From positions 1,550,001 to 1,614,000 of the forward strand of contig OZ218962.1 of the NCBI GenBank assembly GCA_965112735.1: 64,000 bases of DNA. The letters are read 5' to 3'. The notes below the pieces were generated by a model. That model was not told the DNA's origin, did no database searches, and saw only the letters and a list, made by a program, of their open reading frames with translations. This DNA comes from Phaeosaccion multiseriatum. Its lineage: Eukaryota > Protista > Ochrophyta, other classes. Shown here piece by piece: positions 37,340 to 49,925 of this stretch. The stretch's first letter is position 1. Each line of letters opens with the position of its first letter. Both the position numbers and the translations under genes were made by a program.

Positions 37340-38914
37340 ATGATTCTCCTTCAGACCTTGTTGGCAGCAAGTCTCCTCCGAGGGCACAGCTTTACGCTGA
37401 AACCCACTTCTGGAGGGCACAGCTTGACGCTGAGGCCCACTTGTACAGGGGTAGGGAAAGGATCAGGACGATTGCGAACACCTGGCTTGTCGGCTGCAGG
37501 CGCGGACGACGTGATTAGTCCCTTGATTTCTGGCATAGCCCCTTCCAAGACGATTGAAGTGCATGCTCTCACCAAGGAGATGCAAGCCAAAGGTGAGGAT
37601 ATTGTGTCCCTAGTCGTGGGGGAGCCGGACTTTGCACCACCGCCTGCGGTGCTGGAAGCCACAATTGCCGCTGTCAACAAGGGGTGCACCAAGTATACGG
37701 GGGTCACGGGGAATTTGGAGCTACGCCAGGCCATTTGTCAGGATCTGTCCCGGAGAAAGAACTCGACGCATGTGGCTGAGAATGTGGTGGTGTCGAATGG
37801 GGCGAAGCAAGCAGTGTACCAAGCGGTGTTGTCCGTGGTGCGTCCGGGAGACGAGGTTATAGTGCCTTCGCCGTACTGGCCGAGCTATCCCGAAATTGTG
37901 AAAATGGCTGGCGGTGTCCCCGTAATCGTGGAGACCTCAGCGGAGGAGGGGTTTCTCTTAACCCCACAAGCTCTTGAGAAGGCGCTGACGGATCGTACGC
38001 GAATGATCATCTTTTGCAACCCTAGCAACCCCACCGGCGCCGTCCATGACCCTCAGCAGTGCGAAGAGCTTGCAGCAGTGCTTCGAAAGGACAAGTGGGG
38101 AAAAGTCTGGATTCTGTCCGACGAAATATATGAAAGGCTCACTTACAATGTCGAGCATCGTGCCTTTGACACGCTCCCCGGCATGAAGGACCGAACTATG
38201 CTTGTCAATGGCTTCTCCAAGTCCCATGCCATGACAGGATACCGAATAGGCTACCTAGCGGCTCCACCTGCGATTGTCAAAGCGGTGACAACAATCCAGG
38301 GACAAATAACATCGTGTGCCAGCGCCATCTCCCAGGAGGCAGCACTGGCCGCGCTTGCCGTCCCAGACGCGGAGATGCAGAAGAGCTTCACCGTCATGAG
38401 GGAAAAGGTGCGTGTACGTATATTCTGGCACTTATTTCTTCACTTTGGAGAGATCCCTCACTTTTTCCCCGCTGTTGATCTGTCCATCTTGGGGGGCGGG
38501 GCGGGTGGTTGGGGTGTTTTAACAGAGGGACATGTTGCTCGAGGGCTTTGGCACGATTCCTGGCATACAGGTTTCCACTCCGCAAGGGGCATTCTACGCC
38601 TTGCCGAATATCTCTTCGTACTATGGCAAGACGGCACCAGATGGAACTGTCATTGGCGGAGCTACCGACTTCTGCCTGTACTTTGTGCGGGAGCACAAGG
38701 TGGCTCTAGTCACGGGGGAGGGATTTGGTTATGCCGGAGGAGTGCGTTTTTCTTACGCCGCTTCTGTTCCAGACATTCAGCACGCGACTCAAGAGGTAAG
38801 AGGGCTGGCTCTCAATCCCCTATGTACGTACCAACTTAATGAAAAAACGCTACCCTCTCCCCTCCCATTCAAAACTCGCCGCAGTTCCGCAAGTGCTTGG
38901 CTTCATTAAGGTAG
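37340..38914 (+). CDS. Class I PLP aminotransferase (bifunctional aspartate/prephenate aminotransferase-like), plastid-targeted
   Basis: Signal plus 'HSF' presequence. Motifs 'VGEPDF', 'SNGAKQA', 'PYWPSY', 'NPSNPTG', 'SDEIYE', 'NGFSKSHAMTGYRIGY' and 'PQGAFY'. Two introns. The last exon reads FRKCLASLR*. Confidence 0.88.
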
Positions 38915-38943
38915 ACAAAACAATAGATGTAACAAGAGACCGC

Positions 38944-40183
38944 TCATTTGGAATTCTCCTGCATTTCCATGAGCTCATTCGATATGGCGGTGAGATCCGC
39001 AACCTCTCTGGTAAGATCCGCAACCTCTCTGACTAGTTTGTCTTTCTGCATGGTCATGGCTGCCAACGAGAGCATAGCCTCGTGCTCAGCGGTCGCAGCC
39101 TTGGCCAAATCCTTTTTCAGGCCAGCCACCTGTTCATGGCTTCCTTCCGCCCCCTCTGCCAGCCGTGCCTGTTCCCCTTTCAAGAACACCACTTGCTGCT
39201 TCACCTCTTCGTGTCCGGCTTCACTGTCTCTCAGTCTCTTTTTCAAGGAGCCCACTTCTGCCTGGAGCTCCTTAAGTTCATCCTCGTACCTTTTCGTCTT
39301 GTCCTCGGCAGTCTTCTTCGCCTCTGCTGCCTCTTCCTTTGCATGTTTTAGTTGGCCTTTCACCCCGCGGAACACCTTGTTCGCCTCAGCGAACTGCTTC
39401 TCAGCCAGTGCCTTCATATCCGACTTCATTTTCAGAACCGCGGCATCTTGACCGTCCCTGGCCTCGTCTCGAATCTTCGCCAGCTCTTTTTGAGACGCCT
39501 CGAGCTCTTGCTTTTGCCTCGCCAGTTCCCCTTCCAAGCTCTGTATCCTCTTCTCTCCTTCCTCTCGAGCCTCTTGCACGGTCTGAACATGCGTCGTCAT
39601 GGCTGACAAATGGACTCGAGCCCCACCAAGCTCTCGCTCTGCTTCGCTGAGCGCAGCCATCTTTGACGATTCAAACTCCTCTTGCCTTTCCAGGAGTGCG
39701 TTGAGCTCCTGTTGGAGCAGGGAGCGGTCAGCCTCTGCTCCCTTCCCCTCGTCGGCATCAGAGAGCGCTTTCGTCAGAGCAGTTTGCATAACCATCATTT
39801 GACTTTCGCTCTCAGCCTTGACTTCTGCCATCTCCCTCTGATGCTCAGTCTCCGCTTCGGCCATTTTTTTCTCTACGAGAGCGTCCACCTCGCCCTGCGA
39901 GTACTTCGCCTCATTGGCGGCAGAGCTCTCCAGACTCTCAACCCCCGAAAGACCAAGCGAGACCCGGCGTCTTGTCCGAAGATTCTGCGTCGAACAGGGG
40001 CAGTGATTACGTCAAATCAGCCGCCCGTCGCAAGGGTAAAAGGCATGCATGTCATCCATGTGGAAGGGCGCACTTACCGTCGCAGCCTCCGCAGACACGG
40101 CAATTACCGCGTCTCCGCCCGACTTTACATGCTTCTCCACCAGACCCTTCTCATGTATCTCTCCATCCTCGTCTCCTTCCATT
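38944..40183 (-). CDS. Long coiled-coil protein, TACC-like
   Basis: Continuous heptad-rich E/K/A/L ORF bounded by 'KYSQGEVDALV' and 'ADLTAISNELM', reminiscent of the ends of a TACC domain. One intron at ~39935-40076. The start is uncertain. Confidence 0.55.
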
Positions 40184-40461
40184 GCGTTGAATGCCTTCGG
40201 CCGTAATGGAAGCCTGTACGAAGAAGGGGAAGACCGGTTGGACGGAGGCCACAGAGAAGCAATAGCCGGCTGCCCCACTCTCGCTTTCTTCACTAACCAC
40301 TCACCGACAACTGCTACCCTCCATACAATGGCGTTTCCCTCTAAGCGGCAAGAGATCAAGGTTTGAATACAGGTGAAAGGAAGAAAGAGAGAAAAAAAGT
40401 ATGTACAACACGTGCATCACAGGCTGGCGACGAAAGGGTCTTCTCTGTCTCGTCGCGTCTG

Positions 40462-41683
40462 ATGCCGCTGCCGCTGCCGCTGCCGCTGCTGCTGCTGCTG
40501 CTGCTAGTAAGCCGGGCTGTGTCCTTTGAGGTACGAGCGCCAGGGGCAGTAAGATGGCATACTCGACGTTCTCTCGTTGGGAGGCACCAGGTCCTCCCCG
40601 ATAACACGGTTACAGAGGAATGGGTACATCACAAGCTGAAGAGAAGGAAGACCCGCTACCAAGTCATTGCGGCGGAAGCTATGGAGGGATTCGCGGAGCA
40701 GCTGCAGCAGCGGTATCCCGACCGATTCATTTTCCATCGCACAGCGTGGGACAAGTTTCCAGACGGCACGGACAATATCGAAGTTGGTGGCTTTACGCCA
40801 TTCAACGTGATATCGGGAGAGCACGTGCTATTCTTGGCGTCGTTCCACAACAACGACGTGACTCTAAGTCAGTTTCAGGTCATGATCACGTTACTACAGA
40901 GCTTTATAGAGTCGCTCACCATAGTATTGCCGTACTACCCGACCGGGACGATGGAGCGGGTTGTCAAGGAGGGTCAGGTGGCCACCGCGAGTACGTACGC
41001 GATGATGTTTAGCAATTTGCCGTCTTGCGGGAAGCCTACCCGCTTGCAAGTCTATGACCTGCACACGCTTCAGAACCGCTTTTACCTGCACGGGAACGCC
41101 ATTGCCTCGCTCCAGACTACCATCCCGACGCTTATACAGACGCTTCAGGGCACAAACATTGAGTAAGTTCGTCCCACCGGCTCTTCTCTCGGCAATTCAG
41201 GCCTGTAACTCCCCTGCCGCCCCCCCCTCCTACCCCCCCCCCCCCATGGTGTCCAGCTGCATTGCTTTTCCAGACGAAGGAGCAGCCAAGCGTTTCGGGC
41301 ATATGTTTGAGGGCTTGGGGTATCACACAGTGATATGTGGGAAGGTCAGAGACGGAGAAAAGCGACTCATCACTATTCAGGATGGCGAGCCAGAAGAGAA
41401 GAACATTCTCATTGTCGATGACTTAGTGCAGACGGGCGGCACGTTGTACGAGTGCGGAGTGGCTCTCAAGGAGAGGGGAGCTAAATCAGTCAGCGCCTTT
41501 GTGGCCCACGGAGTCTTCCCAAAAGAGGCCTGGAAGAGATTTGCGCGAGGAGGCGACCGCTGCGTCTTTGACACCTTTTGGCTCAGCAATTCGATACCCA
41601 CCACCACGGACAAATTGCCACGCGGTGACGTGTATGAGGTCATCGATATTTGCGACAAGATAGTTTCGGATCTGGATTGCTGA
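40462..41683 (+). CDS. PRS: Ribose-phosphate pyrophosphokinase, class II (plant PRS3/4-like), likely plastid-targeted
   Basis: 'WDKFPDG', 'VLFLASF', 'VLPYYPTGTMERV', 'YDLHTLQNRFY', 'IAFPDEGAAKRF' and 'LIVDDLVQTGGTL'. Signal peptide plus 'VSF'. One intron. Confidence 0.92.
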
Positions 41684-42103
41684 GACGGGAGGAGATAGCT
41701 CATCATAGGTGTTTCTGGCAACATGCCTCCTGTACGCGGGCCACGGGTACAGACAGTGATGGGGACGAAAGAGGCCTTGCTTGGGCCACTGGAGTGCCCT
41801 GCTGAGAGCCCGCCTCGTTCCGTGTGTACGATGAATGCCCAATAGAGCAGCCGAGATCAAGACCCGACCTCTGCGCAGCTCGGACCACGCCTGTGGGGGT
41901 TTTAGCGCGAATGCACAGGGCCTTCCTTGGCGTCGCTGACCTGACACGAGGGAGCCCAAGACTCAGGACCTGGGGGAGCATGCCACTCCCGTTGATAAGG
42001 CGCATGTCTAAAAAAATAAAAAATGTTGGGATGTCCAAGTCCCAGAATATGTCAATGAATTTTCAAACCCTCCCCCCCCTCCTCCCCTTCCTCCAGTGCT
42101 GCT

Positions 42104-45100
42104 ATGAGCGTCTCGAGCAGTGGGAGCTCCGATTGTGTGAGCTATCCTTTGCACGATGCAGCCGAGCTTGGGGACGTGGAAGCCCTGCGCGCCTTGCTGG
42201 AGAGAAAGAACGTGCGTGGAGAACCATGTTTTAAGTGGGTGTGGCGGTTGACTAAAGAGGTGCTTTCCCCACTCCCCACCCGCAGAAGCAGCCGCAGGAA
42301 CCGCAGGAGCCACAAGGGGAGGGGGAGGAGGGGGGGCGGAATGGAGAGTCTTCCGATGACGACTTTGGGTCTCTGTCTGTGGATCTGGACGAAAGGGACG
42401 GAGACGGCTGTACAGCATTGCACGTGGCCCTTCTCCATTGCAGGTTTGTCCTTTCCTTGATGGCTGGGGCGGCCTATCATGTTGGGCAAGGCTAACCCTT
42501 GTCCGCGTGTTGCGGGTGCAGACTCGACGCCGCCAATGTGATCTTAAGTGCAGGAGCTAGCTCCACGAAGCGCTTGGAAGGCAGCTCAATGGCCCACATC
42601 GCCATTTGTCGAGGCGCCAGTGGTGAGTTACATTATTATGGAAACAAGGAGACTTGTTCGTAGCAGCGCAGGCGCCCCCGAACGCTGCCCGCCCTATTCT
42701 CCTCAACCTTCCGCATGCTGCGTGTTGTATAGGAGGCCAGCACGAGTTTGCTGCGGCGGCGTTGAAGGTGCTCTTAACGCACGGTATCGAAGCCAACTCT
42801 AAGGACGATAGGGGCCGAACCCTCGTACACGTGGCCGCAAGTTATGGAATGGGAGCATGCCTCAGCCTCTTACTGGTAAATGCTGTCGCAAGCTATATGG
42901 TGATTGCTGATGACATCGGCACACGTTGACGGTCATCCTTGCTGAACAATGCAGAACGATCCTGCTGGGTTGGAAACGATTGATGCGAAGGAGAGGATGG
43001 GGCTGAGGCCGCTCCATTTGGCTGTTCTCGGTGGACATGTGGATGCTGCAGAGCAGCTCCTCAACGCGAAGGCAGACGTGGAGGCGACCAACCAGCTGGG
43101 ATGGTGCGTGTGTGGGTGTGTGGGGAGGATTGCTAGGGAAAACAAGCCATGAGCGAACACCTGTGCCGCCCTTCATCTGCCCACTTTCGTGTTCACTAGG
43201 ACGAGTCTCCACTGCGCATTTTCCAAGGGCCACTGGAAATGCGCCTCCGTCCTGCTTTCCAAAGCAGGGGCGAAGCGTTCAGCTACAAACAAACAAGGCT
43301 TGACGGCGCGACAATTGGCAGAGAAGAAGGGACTGGTGATTCCGGCTAGTCTGCTCAAGGGCAACGGAGCCTTGGCACAGCAGGTGAAAGAGGCCAGGCT
43401 TGCTTCTTTAACATGTCAGGAGAAGGAGTCCTCACCTTACTGCTCTTGTCTGTCTCGTGACGCGTCAGGAGAAGAACGAGCAGCCGCCATTGGCTACACT
43501 CGTGTACTACCACAAACTCTGTATGGAGCACTACTCTAGCCCTCACCCGATATCGCGGAGCGGGCCAGAGCCCCCACCAGAAAACGTCAATAGACTCAAG
43601 GTAGGCTTGGCCATTGTTGAGTTTCCTGAGGAAATAACCACGCTAATGACAGGGACTGTGCGATGACCTCACCTCAGGTCATTTATGACGAGCACAGCGG
43701 AGTCCTACGATCTAGCGAGTTTGCTGCCTTGCACTTTGACGACTGCCCCCCACGGGCAGCTATGGCTGACATACTGCGCGTCCACGAATTCAGGTGAATG
43801 GTCCCCTCATGTACTAACCGTCGTCGTCGCCGTCGTTGTGTGTGTGAGTGTGTGTGTGTGTGTGTGTTTATTTTGAAGTCCACAAGAAAGACGCTCACAT
43901 GTTTCACCCCGCCCTGCCCTCTTGGCTTGCACAGTTACGTGGAGAAGCTTCAACAGCTCTGTGCCAAAATCCCCGACTCTCCCCGCGTGCTCAAGAATCT
44001 CGACGCAGACACTGCTGTCAGCCACAACTCCTTCGAGGCCGCCATGCACGCAGCAGGTCCCTGGCGTTCGATGCTCAGATTCCTCATATCCATCCTCCTC
44101 ACGAGCCTCTCCTTTGTTCTGGCAGGTTCTGTTTGCAGCGCAATCGATCAACTCATGGCCGGGAAGCACCGAAATGCCTTCTGCGCTGTTCGCCCCCCAG
44201 GACACCATGCCGGACCCCGGGGCTTGGTCACCTGCTCGAACGACGGCGAGGGAAGCCACGGTTTCTGCCTCTTGAACAATGTCGCAGTCGGCGGCGCGTA
44301 CGCTCGCCACATGTACCGCGACAGAGGCATTAAGAAGGTCGGACCGTACTTGGCAGAGAGCATGAAACCTACCGCCCGTCCACGTCGGTTCTCCTCTCGT
44401 AATTCATTCTTCGTTCTCCCTACACGACGCACAGGTGGCGATCATCGACTTCGATGTGCATCACGGGAACGGCACGGAGGAAATCGTGCGCAACCTCGTG
44501 CCGCACGTTGAGGAGTCCACCTATGTAAGTATGCAGTGCATACAATACCGGATAATTCTTTTGGTCGCCCTTTTCTGACGTTTTTTATTTCCCGCGCATT
44601 CGCTTCGGCTCTTTGAAGGTGTTACCCTTTTGCACAGGGACCGCACAGGCGCTTGTTTACAAGCCTTGGCTCGATGAAGAGGACCCCAAATCTTGCTTGT
44701 TCATCAGTGTGCACGGCTACGGCAAGAAGGTCAGTCGTCCCTGCTGTTGCCCATCCCACGTTCCCGATTCAACGCGATTACTGTCCCTGTGCAGGAGCGG
44801 GGGCACGATACTTCCCCTGGGGGGTGGTTCTACCCGGGCTCCGGAGCTACTCGGATTCCTCCTAGCCTGCCCAAGAAAGAACCAAAAGCTATGGATGAGG
44901 GAGTCAAGGAGGAAGCAGATGCGCAAGGGGGCGAGGCTGGAGAGCCACACGACGACGACGACGACGACGCGGAGAAGGATCTGCTAATTTTGGATGTGGT
45001 AAGCACTTCGCCGAAGTTTGCCCCTTCTCCTCTGGTTACTCACTTTCTCCTTTTGTTCCCAGGGTGTGGCCCTCCCTGAGGACGGGGAGACTCCAGGCAC

Positions 45101-46127
45101 GTCTCGCCACTCCTGGAGGAACGCCTACCGCAACAAGGTGCTTCCTGCTCTAATCAAGTTCGACCCTGACTTGATCCTCATTAGGTAATGAAGGCTCTTG
45201 CGGGTTGTGTATGCAATAGGGGAACCTCCTGCGCTGATTTTCCCTCTCTTTGATTCCGATGCCCTGTGCAGTGCTGGATTCGATGCGCACAAGAAGGACA
45301 TGATCAACTTTGGGTATATAGGTCTGCTAGATGAAGACTACGAGTGGATAACGGACCAGCTGGTCCAGGTAAGCGGAGGATGCTCATGTGATCTCGCCCA
45401 CCTCCGCTCATGTGGAGGAGGATCATGCTGCCACCGCGTGCATCCGTCAGGTGGCCAACAAATGCTGCGATGGGCGCATCGTCAGCGTGTTGGAAGGAGG
45501 TTATAGAATCCAGGGCGGACCCGTCAGCGCGTTCGGCAGGTCGGTGGCGGGCCACGTTCGGGCTTTGCAAGATGGCTGTACATCTCGACAGGTGGGTGGG
45601 GCACCGGATATATTTGTCGCTTCCCCGACTGCTTCTTACCGCCTCCCAATGACGTCAGGTGTGGGATGAGGAGGACGCTCAGTGGGAGAGGAGGCACGAG
45701 GAGACTGCTCTCGCGGAGCGAGAACGCCGCCGTCAGCTAAAGCTGGCACAACAAGCACAGGTACAAGGCCCTACTCTTTCCACAAACCCACATTCCCGTG
45801 CTCATTCAATGATGCTGCTTGCCGCCTACCGACTGCCATTGCACTATTCAGCTCTTGGAGGAGAGAGAGAAGGCCCTAACTGCAGCAATGGCGGCAGAAA
45901 AGGTGAGCTATGCGCGGCCTGGTCCGGTATCACCCGCCTTCACGCACCCCAACAGTCAACTTTCTACACCCCCATGCTCACAGGCTGACAGAGAGGAGCA
46001 GCCTGCGGCGGCAGTAGCAGCAGCAGGAGCGACGCCGCCGTCGGAAGACGAGCCCTTGCCGAGAAAGAGGCGGCGAGGAAACGTCGACTATGTGGCCCTG
46101 GCGAAGACTCTGCAGCAAAAGGAATAG
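42104..46127 (+). CDS. Ankyrin-repeat plus Zn-dependent (class II-type) histone deacetylase fusion
   Basis: N-terminal ANK repeats ('YPLHDAAELGD', 'GRTLVHVAASYG', 'RPLHLAVLGGH'). HDAC motifs 'PPENVNRL', 'RPPGHHAG', 'GFCLLNNVA', 'DFDVHHGNGT', 'SAGFDAH' and 'LEGGY'. C-terminal NLS-like RKRRR. Confidence 0.92.
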
Positions 46128-46438
46128 ACAGAGACAAAAGCGACGAGGAATGTATGAGAAGGGGTGTATTTTACATGAGGAGAGTTACCTGAGCAGAAGC
46201 CCAAAATACGGGCGCTGGTGATAAATCTAAGAAACTGAAAGTGTGAATGTGAGTGCGGTGTGAAAGGAACTTTATTGACTTAATAGGTGCGTGTGAAAGG
46301 AGTCAAAATCTCTGGAGAACCAACACGTGCACAAACTGAAACCGTCCTTCTTCTTTTTTTCTTTTCTCCTTTCTGCGGTAAGCTAAGTGAAGTGGTGGTA
46401 AACTCTCGCCTCTATCCTCTTCCGCGTCCCCCTCCTCC

Positions 46439-47497
46439 ATGGAGGAGGCGCTGGACGATGGCAGGTCGTTGGGGCCCGCTGGTTTAGAGGCTTGGGAAGC
46501 TATGACGGGGCCAGAGCTGCCAGAGCAACTAAAGAGGACGCTTGGAATCCACCCAACTTCTGCCCAGCTCGGGACACTGTGTCAGCTCTTTGACGTGAAC
46601 AGTATTGGGGGTATCGAGAAAAGAGAATTCCTCAGTGCGTTTTTCAAGATCAACATGGCAGCGAAGAGTTTGCTGGGCACAAAGGATGCGGTGACCAGCA
46701 GCAGCAGCAGGCAGTCCGGCAACGAGATGTCAGAACGAATAGGGCAAGGAGACGACCAAGAGCAGGAAACAAAGATGCTGCATTTGGGAGAGCTTGGGGC
46801 AGCAGCAATGCTATTGGAAAGAAGGAAGACATCCAGGAGAGGCAAAGGCGGCCTCGGTCTGGCGCTCGGGACAGTGAAGGCCAAGGGCCCCGCGGACGCT
46901 ACAGGGAAGGTTCGCGCCCGTGTTGCAAGCGCACGGTCATCAGAGCGGCTTGACCTTTCCACGCCCTTGCGGAGGAGCGGGAGCGACTTTCTCTTGCGTG
47001 CTGCTCCCCGCTCGATATGGAGGATGGCGCACCTCAAAGAGCTTTGGCTCACTAATAACGAGCTCCCGACACTTAGTCCTGGCCTGGGCGGATTGACATC
47101 TCTGCGGCTCTTGTGTCTCACGAACAATGCGCTAACTCACTTGCCACCAGAGATCGGTCAGCTGCGCAGCCTTCGTAGGCTGTTTCTTGGGCGAAACCGA
47201 CTCACCACGCTGCCAGCTGAGCTCGAGAAATGCACGCAGGTGAGCGAGCTCCGACTGTGTGCCAATCCACTTGGACACGTGCCTGACGCCGTGTGTGAGC
47301 TGAGGAGATTAACCGTGCTTAGCATGCAAGATTGCGGGATCTCTGAGCTCCCCGACAGGATGAAGAAATGTAGACTTCTATTGGAGGTGGACCTCGAAAA
47401 CAATCCGTTAAGGGGTGTGCTTCCAGAGCCTCTCCGGCAGCTGCCTTCTCTCGTCACCCTTCGCTTGGCGGGGACAGGCGTCAGAAACTCAACATGA
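46439..47497 (+). CDS. Leucine-rich repeat protein with N-terminal EF-hand-like motif
   Basis: Several LxxLxLxxNxL/LPxEI repeats. 'FDVNSIGGIEKREF' is an EF-hand-like loop. Confidence 0.85.
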   Translation: MEEALDDGRSLGPAGLEAWEAMTGPELPEQLKRTLGIHPTSAQLGTLCQLFDVNSIGGIEKREFLSAFFKINMAAKSLLGTKDAVTSSSSRQSGNEMSERIGQGDDQEQETKMLHLGELGAAAMLLERRKTSRRGKGGLGLALGTVKAKGPADATGKVRARVASARSSERLDLSTPLRRSGSDFLLRAAPRSIWRMAHLKELWLTNNELPTLSPGLGGLTSLRLLCLTNNALTHLPPEIGQLRSLRRLFLGRNRLTTLPAELEKCTQVSELRLCANPLGHVPDAVCELRRLTVLSMQDCGISELPDRMKKCRLLLEVDLENNPLRGVLPEPLRQLPSLVTLRLAGTGVRNST

Positions 47498-47534
47498 CCG
47501 GATCGAGAGGAGAGCAAGGGTAAAAGAAATGTGA

Positions 47535-49753
47535 CTATCCGAACTCGCCGCGACTCCCTCTTTGTTGCTGATGCTGCTGCTGCTGCTGCTGAAGTTGCAA
47601 TTGCCGTTGAAGCTGTTGCTGTTGCTGAAAATGTTGTTGCTGCCTCTGTTGCTGGGGCGGCGGCTGCTGCTGCTGTGGCTGGTGGTGGTGGTGATGGTGA
47701 TGGTGGTGATGCGGGTGCTGATGCTCTTGTTGAGGCGGCGGGGGTTGCTGCTGGTGATGATGATGATGATGATGCTGCTGCTGTTGGTGGTGCTGTTCTT
47801 GTTGCTGATACGTCGGCTGCGTCGGCTGAACGTAAGTGCCATTCTCTGGCCTACTCCCCGACGACCGTCGCTGCCTTTGCCAACTCATCTGAGAAAACTT
47901 GGGGCTGGCTGGCACAGTAAGCCGCTTCCCTCCTGCTCCACGCCTTTCCCTGGAATGCGTAACCTCGCTTTCTGCATTGTCCCCAGCCGGGCTGTCCACC
48001 ATCATGTCCGATCGAACCTTTTTCCTACTTGAGCTCTTCCGTGTGGGCGCCTTGGAGCCTTCTACTACAGTATTTCGGCTTGACGAGCGCCCGCTTCTCC
48101 CCTCGTTAGCATCTATTCGGTTTCCATAAAGCTCAACCCCAGCCGCGACCCCCACATTGCTAGGTGCTGGCGGGAAAACTGTTTGCTCGTGGCTATGCTG
48201 CCGGTCGGGGGGCGGAGGTGTGCTTTCTTCCATAGCGTCGGTTGACAGTACGGCGGAAGCTGCCGCTGACACAGGTGGTACGCCCACCGTCCCAGATTCA
48301 CGGTGACTTGACCGCCGGCTACTCCCTGCTCTACTCGTTGTTGCTGCCTCTGCCATCTCCTTCCGCCCCATGGCCTCGTTTCCATAAGTTGAAGAGCGAG
48401 CAGAAGAGTGTTTACGTTCTCCACTGTGAGATGATGAAGGGGTGGGGCGGTCACTCAACAGAGACGTGGGCCCCCCTCCATTGAAACGCCGCCCGCTGCT
48501 GACCCCGTCTCCAGAGCTTTTCTCCCTGCGTGTCTTAACCTTTGTGAAAGAGTCCACCTCCGCCAAAATCAGCTGCTTCAATTGCAAGCGTGTCAAGCGT
48601 TGTGACTCAAAGTCGAACTCGAACTCCGTCGACACCGGGGGATCCACGCGAACTTCGCTGTTTCTCAGTCCCTCAAAGTATGGGTGATTCAGAGCCTCGA
48701 CGACTGTCAGCCGCTTGGGAGGATCGAAGACAAGCAACTGCTCCAGCAGGTCGATGGCCAGAGGAGAAGCATCCGCATAAAGGCTCTCAAGCACTACAGG
48801 GGCAGCCCCAGCCATGGAGTCTAGAAACCTTCTCGCCTGGCTGTTGCGGATGTGAAGCACTTCTTCCGGCAGAGGGGCACCAATGACTTCAAATATTCGC
48901 GTCAGCTGGTCCACAAAGTTCTTGCCCGGGAACAGCGGCTCCCGCCCCAGCAGCTCCGCAAAAATGCAACCGCAGCTCCACATATCTACAGCATAGGTGT
49001 ACATCCCATCAGGACAAAGCATGAGCTCAGGGGGTCGGTACCATCTTGTCACCACATGCTCCGTCATTGGGTCGTCGACATCAAGGTCAGGGTCGACCCC
49101 CTGGCCTGTGGGACGGGCCCGAGCCAATCCAAAGTCAGTGATGCGAAGCTGACAGGTTTTGGTAACCAGTAAGTTCCCGGGCTTTAGATCGCGGTGAATG
49201 ATACGATTGTCGTGCAGAAACTGAGTCCCGCGCAGGAGTTGGTACATGAAGTACCGGTGATGCGCATCGCTGAGGTTCTGTGGAGACTGGATGATTCGGT
49301 GGAGGTCGCTGTCCAACAGCTCCATCACAATATACCTGCTCGCGAGGCACGCATGTTGAACAAACCAGAGCACAACCCGGGAGTCAGGGAGAGACGGAGA
49401 AATAATAGGACGAGGGCCGTAAAGGTTAAAATTACTTACAGCTCGTCCGTCGCCTCGCGTACAAAGACATCCTCCAGAGTGATGATATTCGCATGCACCC
49501 CCAGGTATCTCATCAGCCGAATCTCTCTGAGAACACGCTTCGCGTCCACAGCATGCTCTGCCATGGGAGTCACCTTCTTGATCGCCACCTTAATCCCTCT
49601 CCTGACATCCAGGGCCGAACACACGATCCCATAGCTTCCCTTCCCTATTGCTTTGAGGTCAGTGTAGCGATCGTCCACGTGAAAAGAGTTGCCGAGAATG
49701 GTAAACGTAGAACCCGCTACCGCATCCGCGGCTGCTGGCTCTCGTTCGCTCAT
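47535..49753 (-). CDS. Mitogen-activated protein kinase with TEH activation motif and polyQ/H tail
   Basis: 'IGKGSYG', 'VAIKK', 'REIRLMR', 'HRDLKPGN', 'DFGLAR' and 'MTEHVVTRWYRPPE'. One intron at ~49336-49438. Confidence 0.93.
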
Positions 49754-49925
49754 AGAGAACAAGCCAATGGGAAAGAGGGAAGTAAAAAAATGAAACGGAA
49801 ACTGGAAACTGGCAAACTACCAACTGAGGGTCTCGAGTCCTCATCTCCCCCCATCTTTAACTTTAGCTTACACTGTAGCTTAGCTTAGGCCCACATAGTT
49901 CGAGAGGGATTTTTACAGGTGGAAT

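Noticed and set aside
29550-41683. Metabolic gene cluster (PK, leuC, aminotransferase, PRS)
   Set aside because: The enzymes belong to different pathways and are interspersed with unrelated genes. This is ordinary gene-dense neighbourhood.
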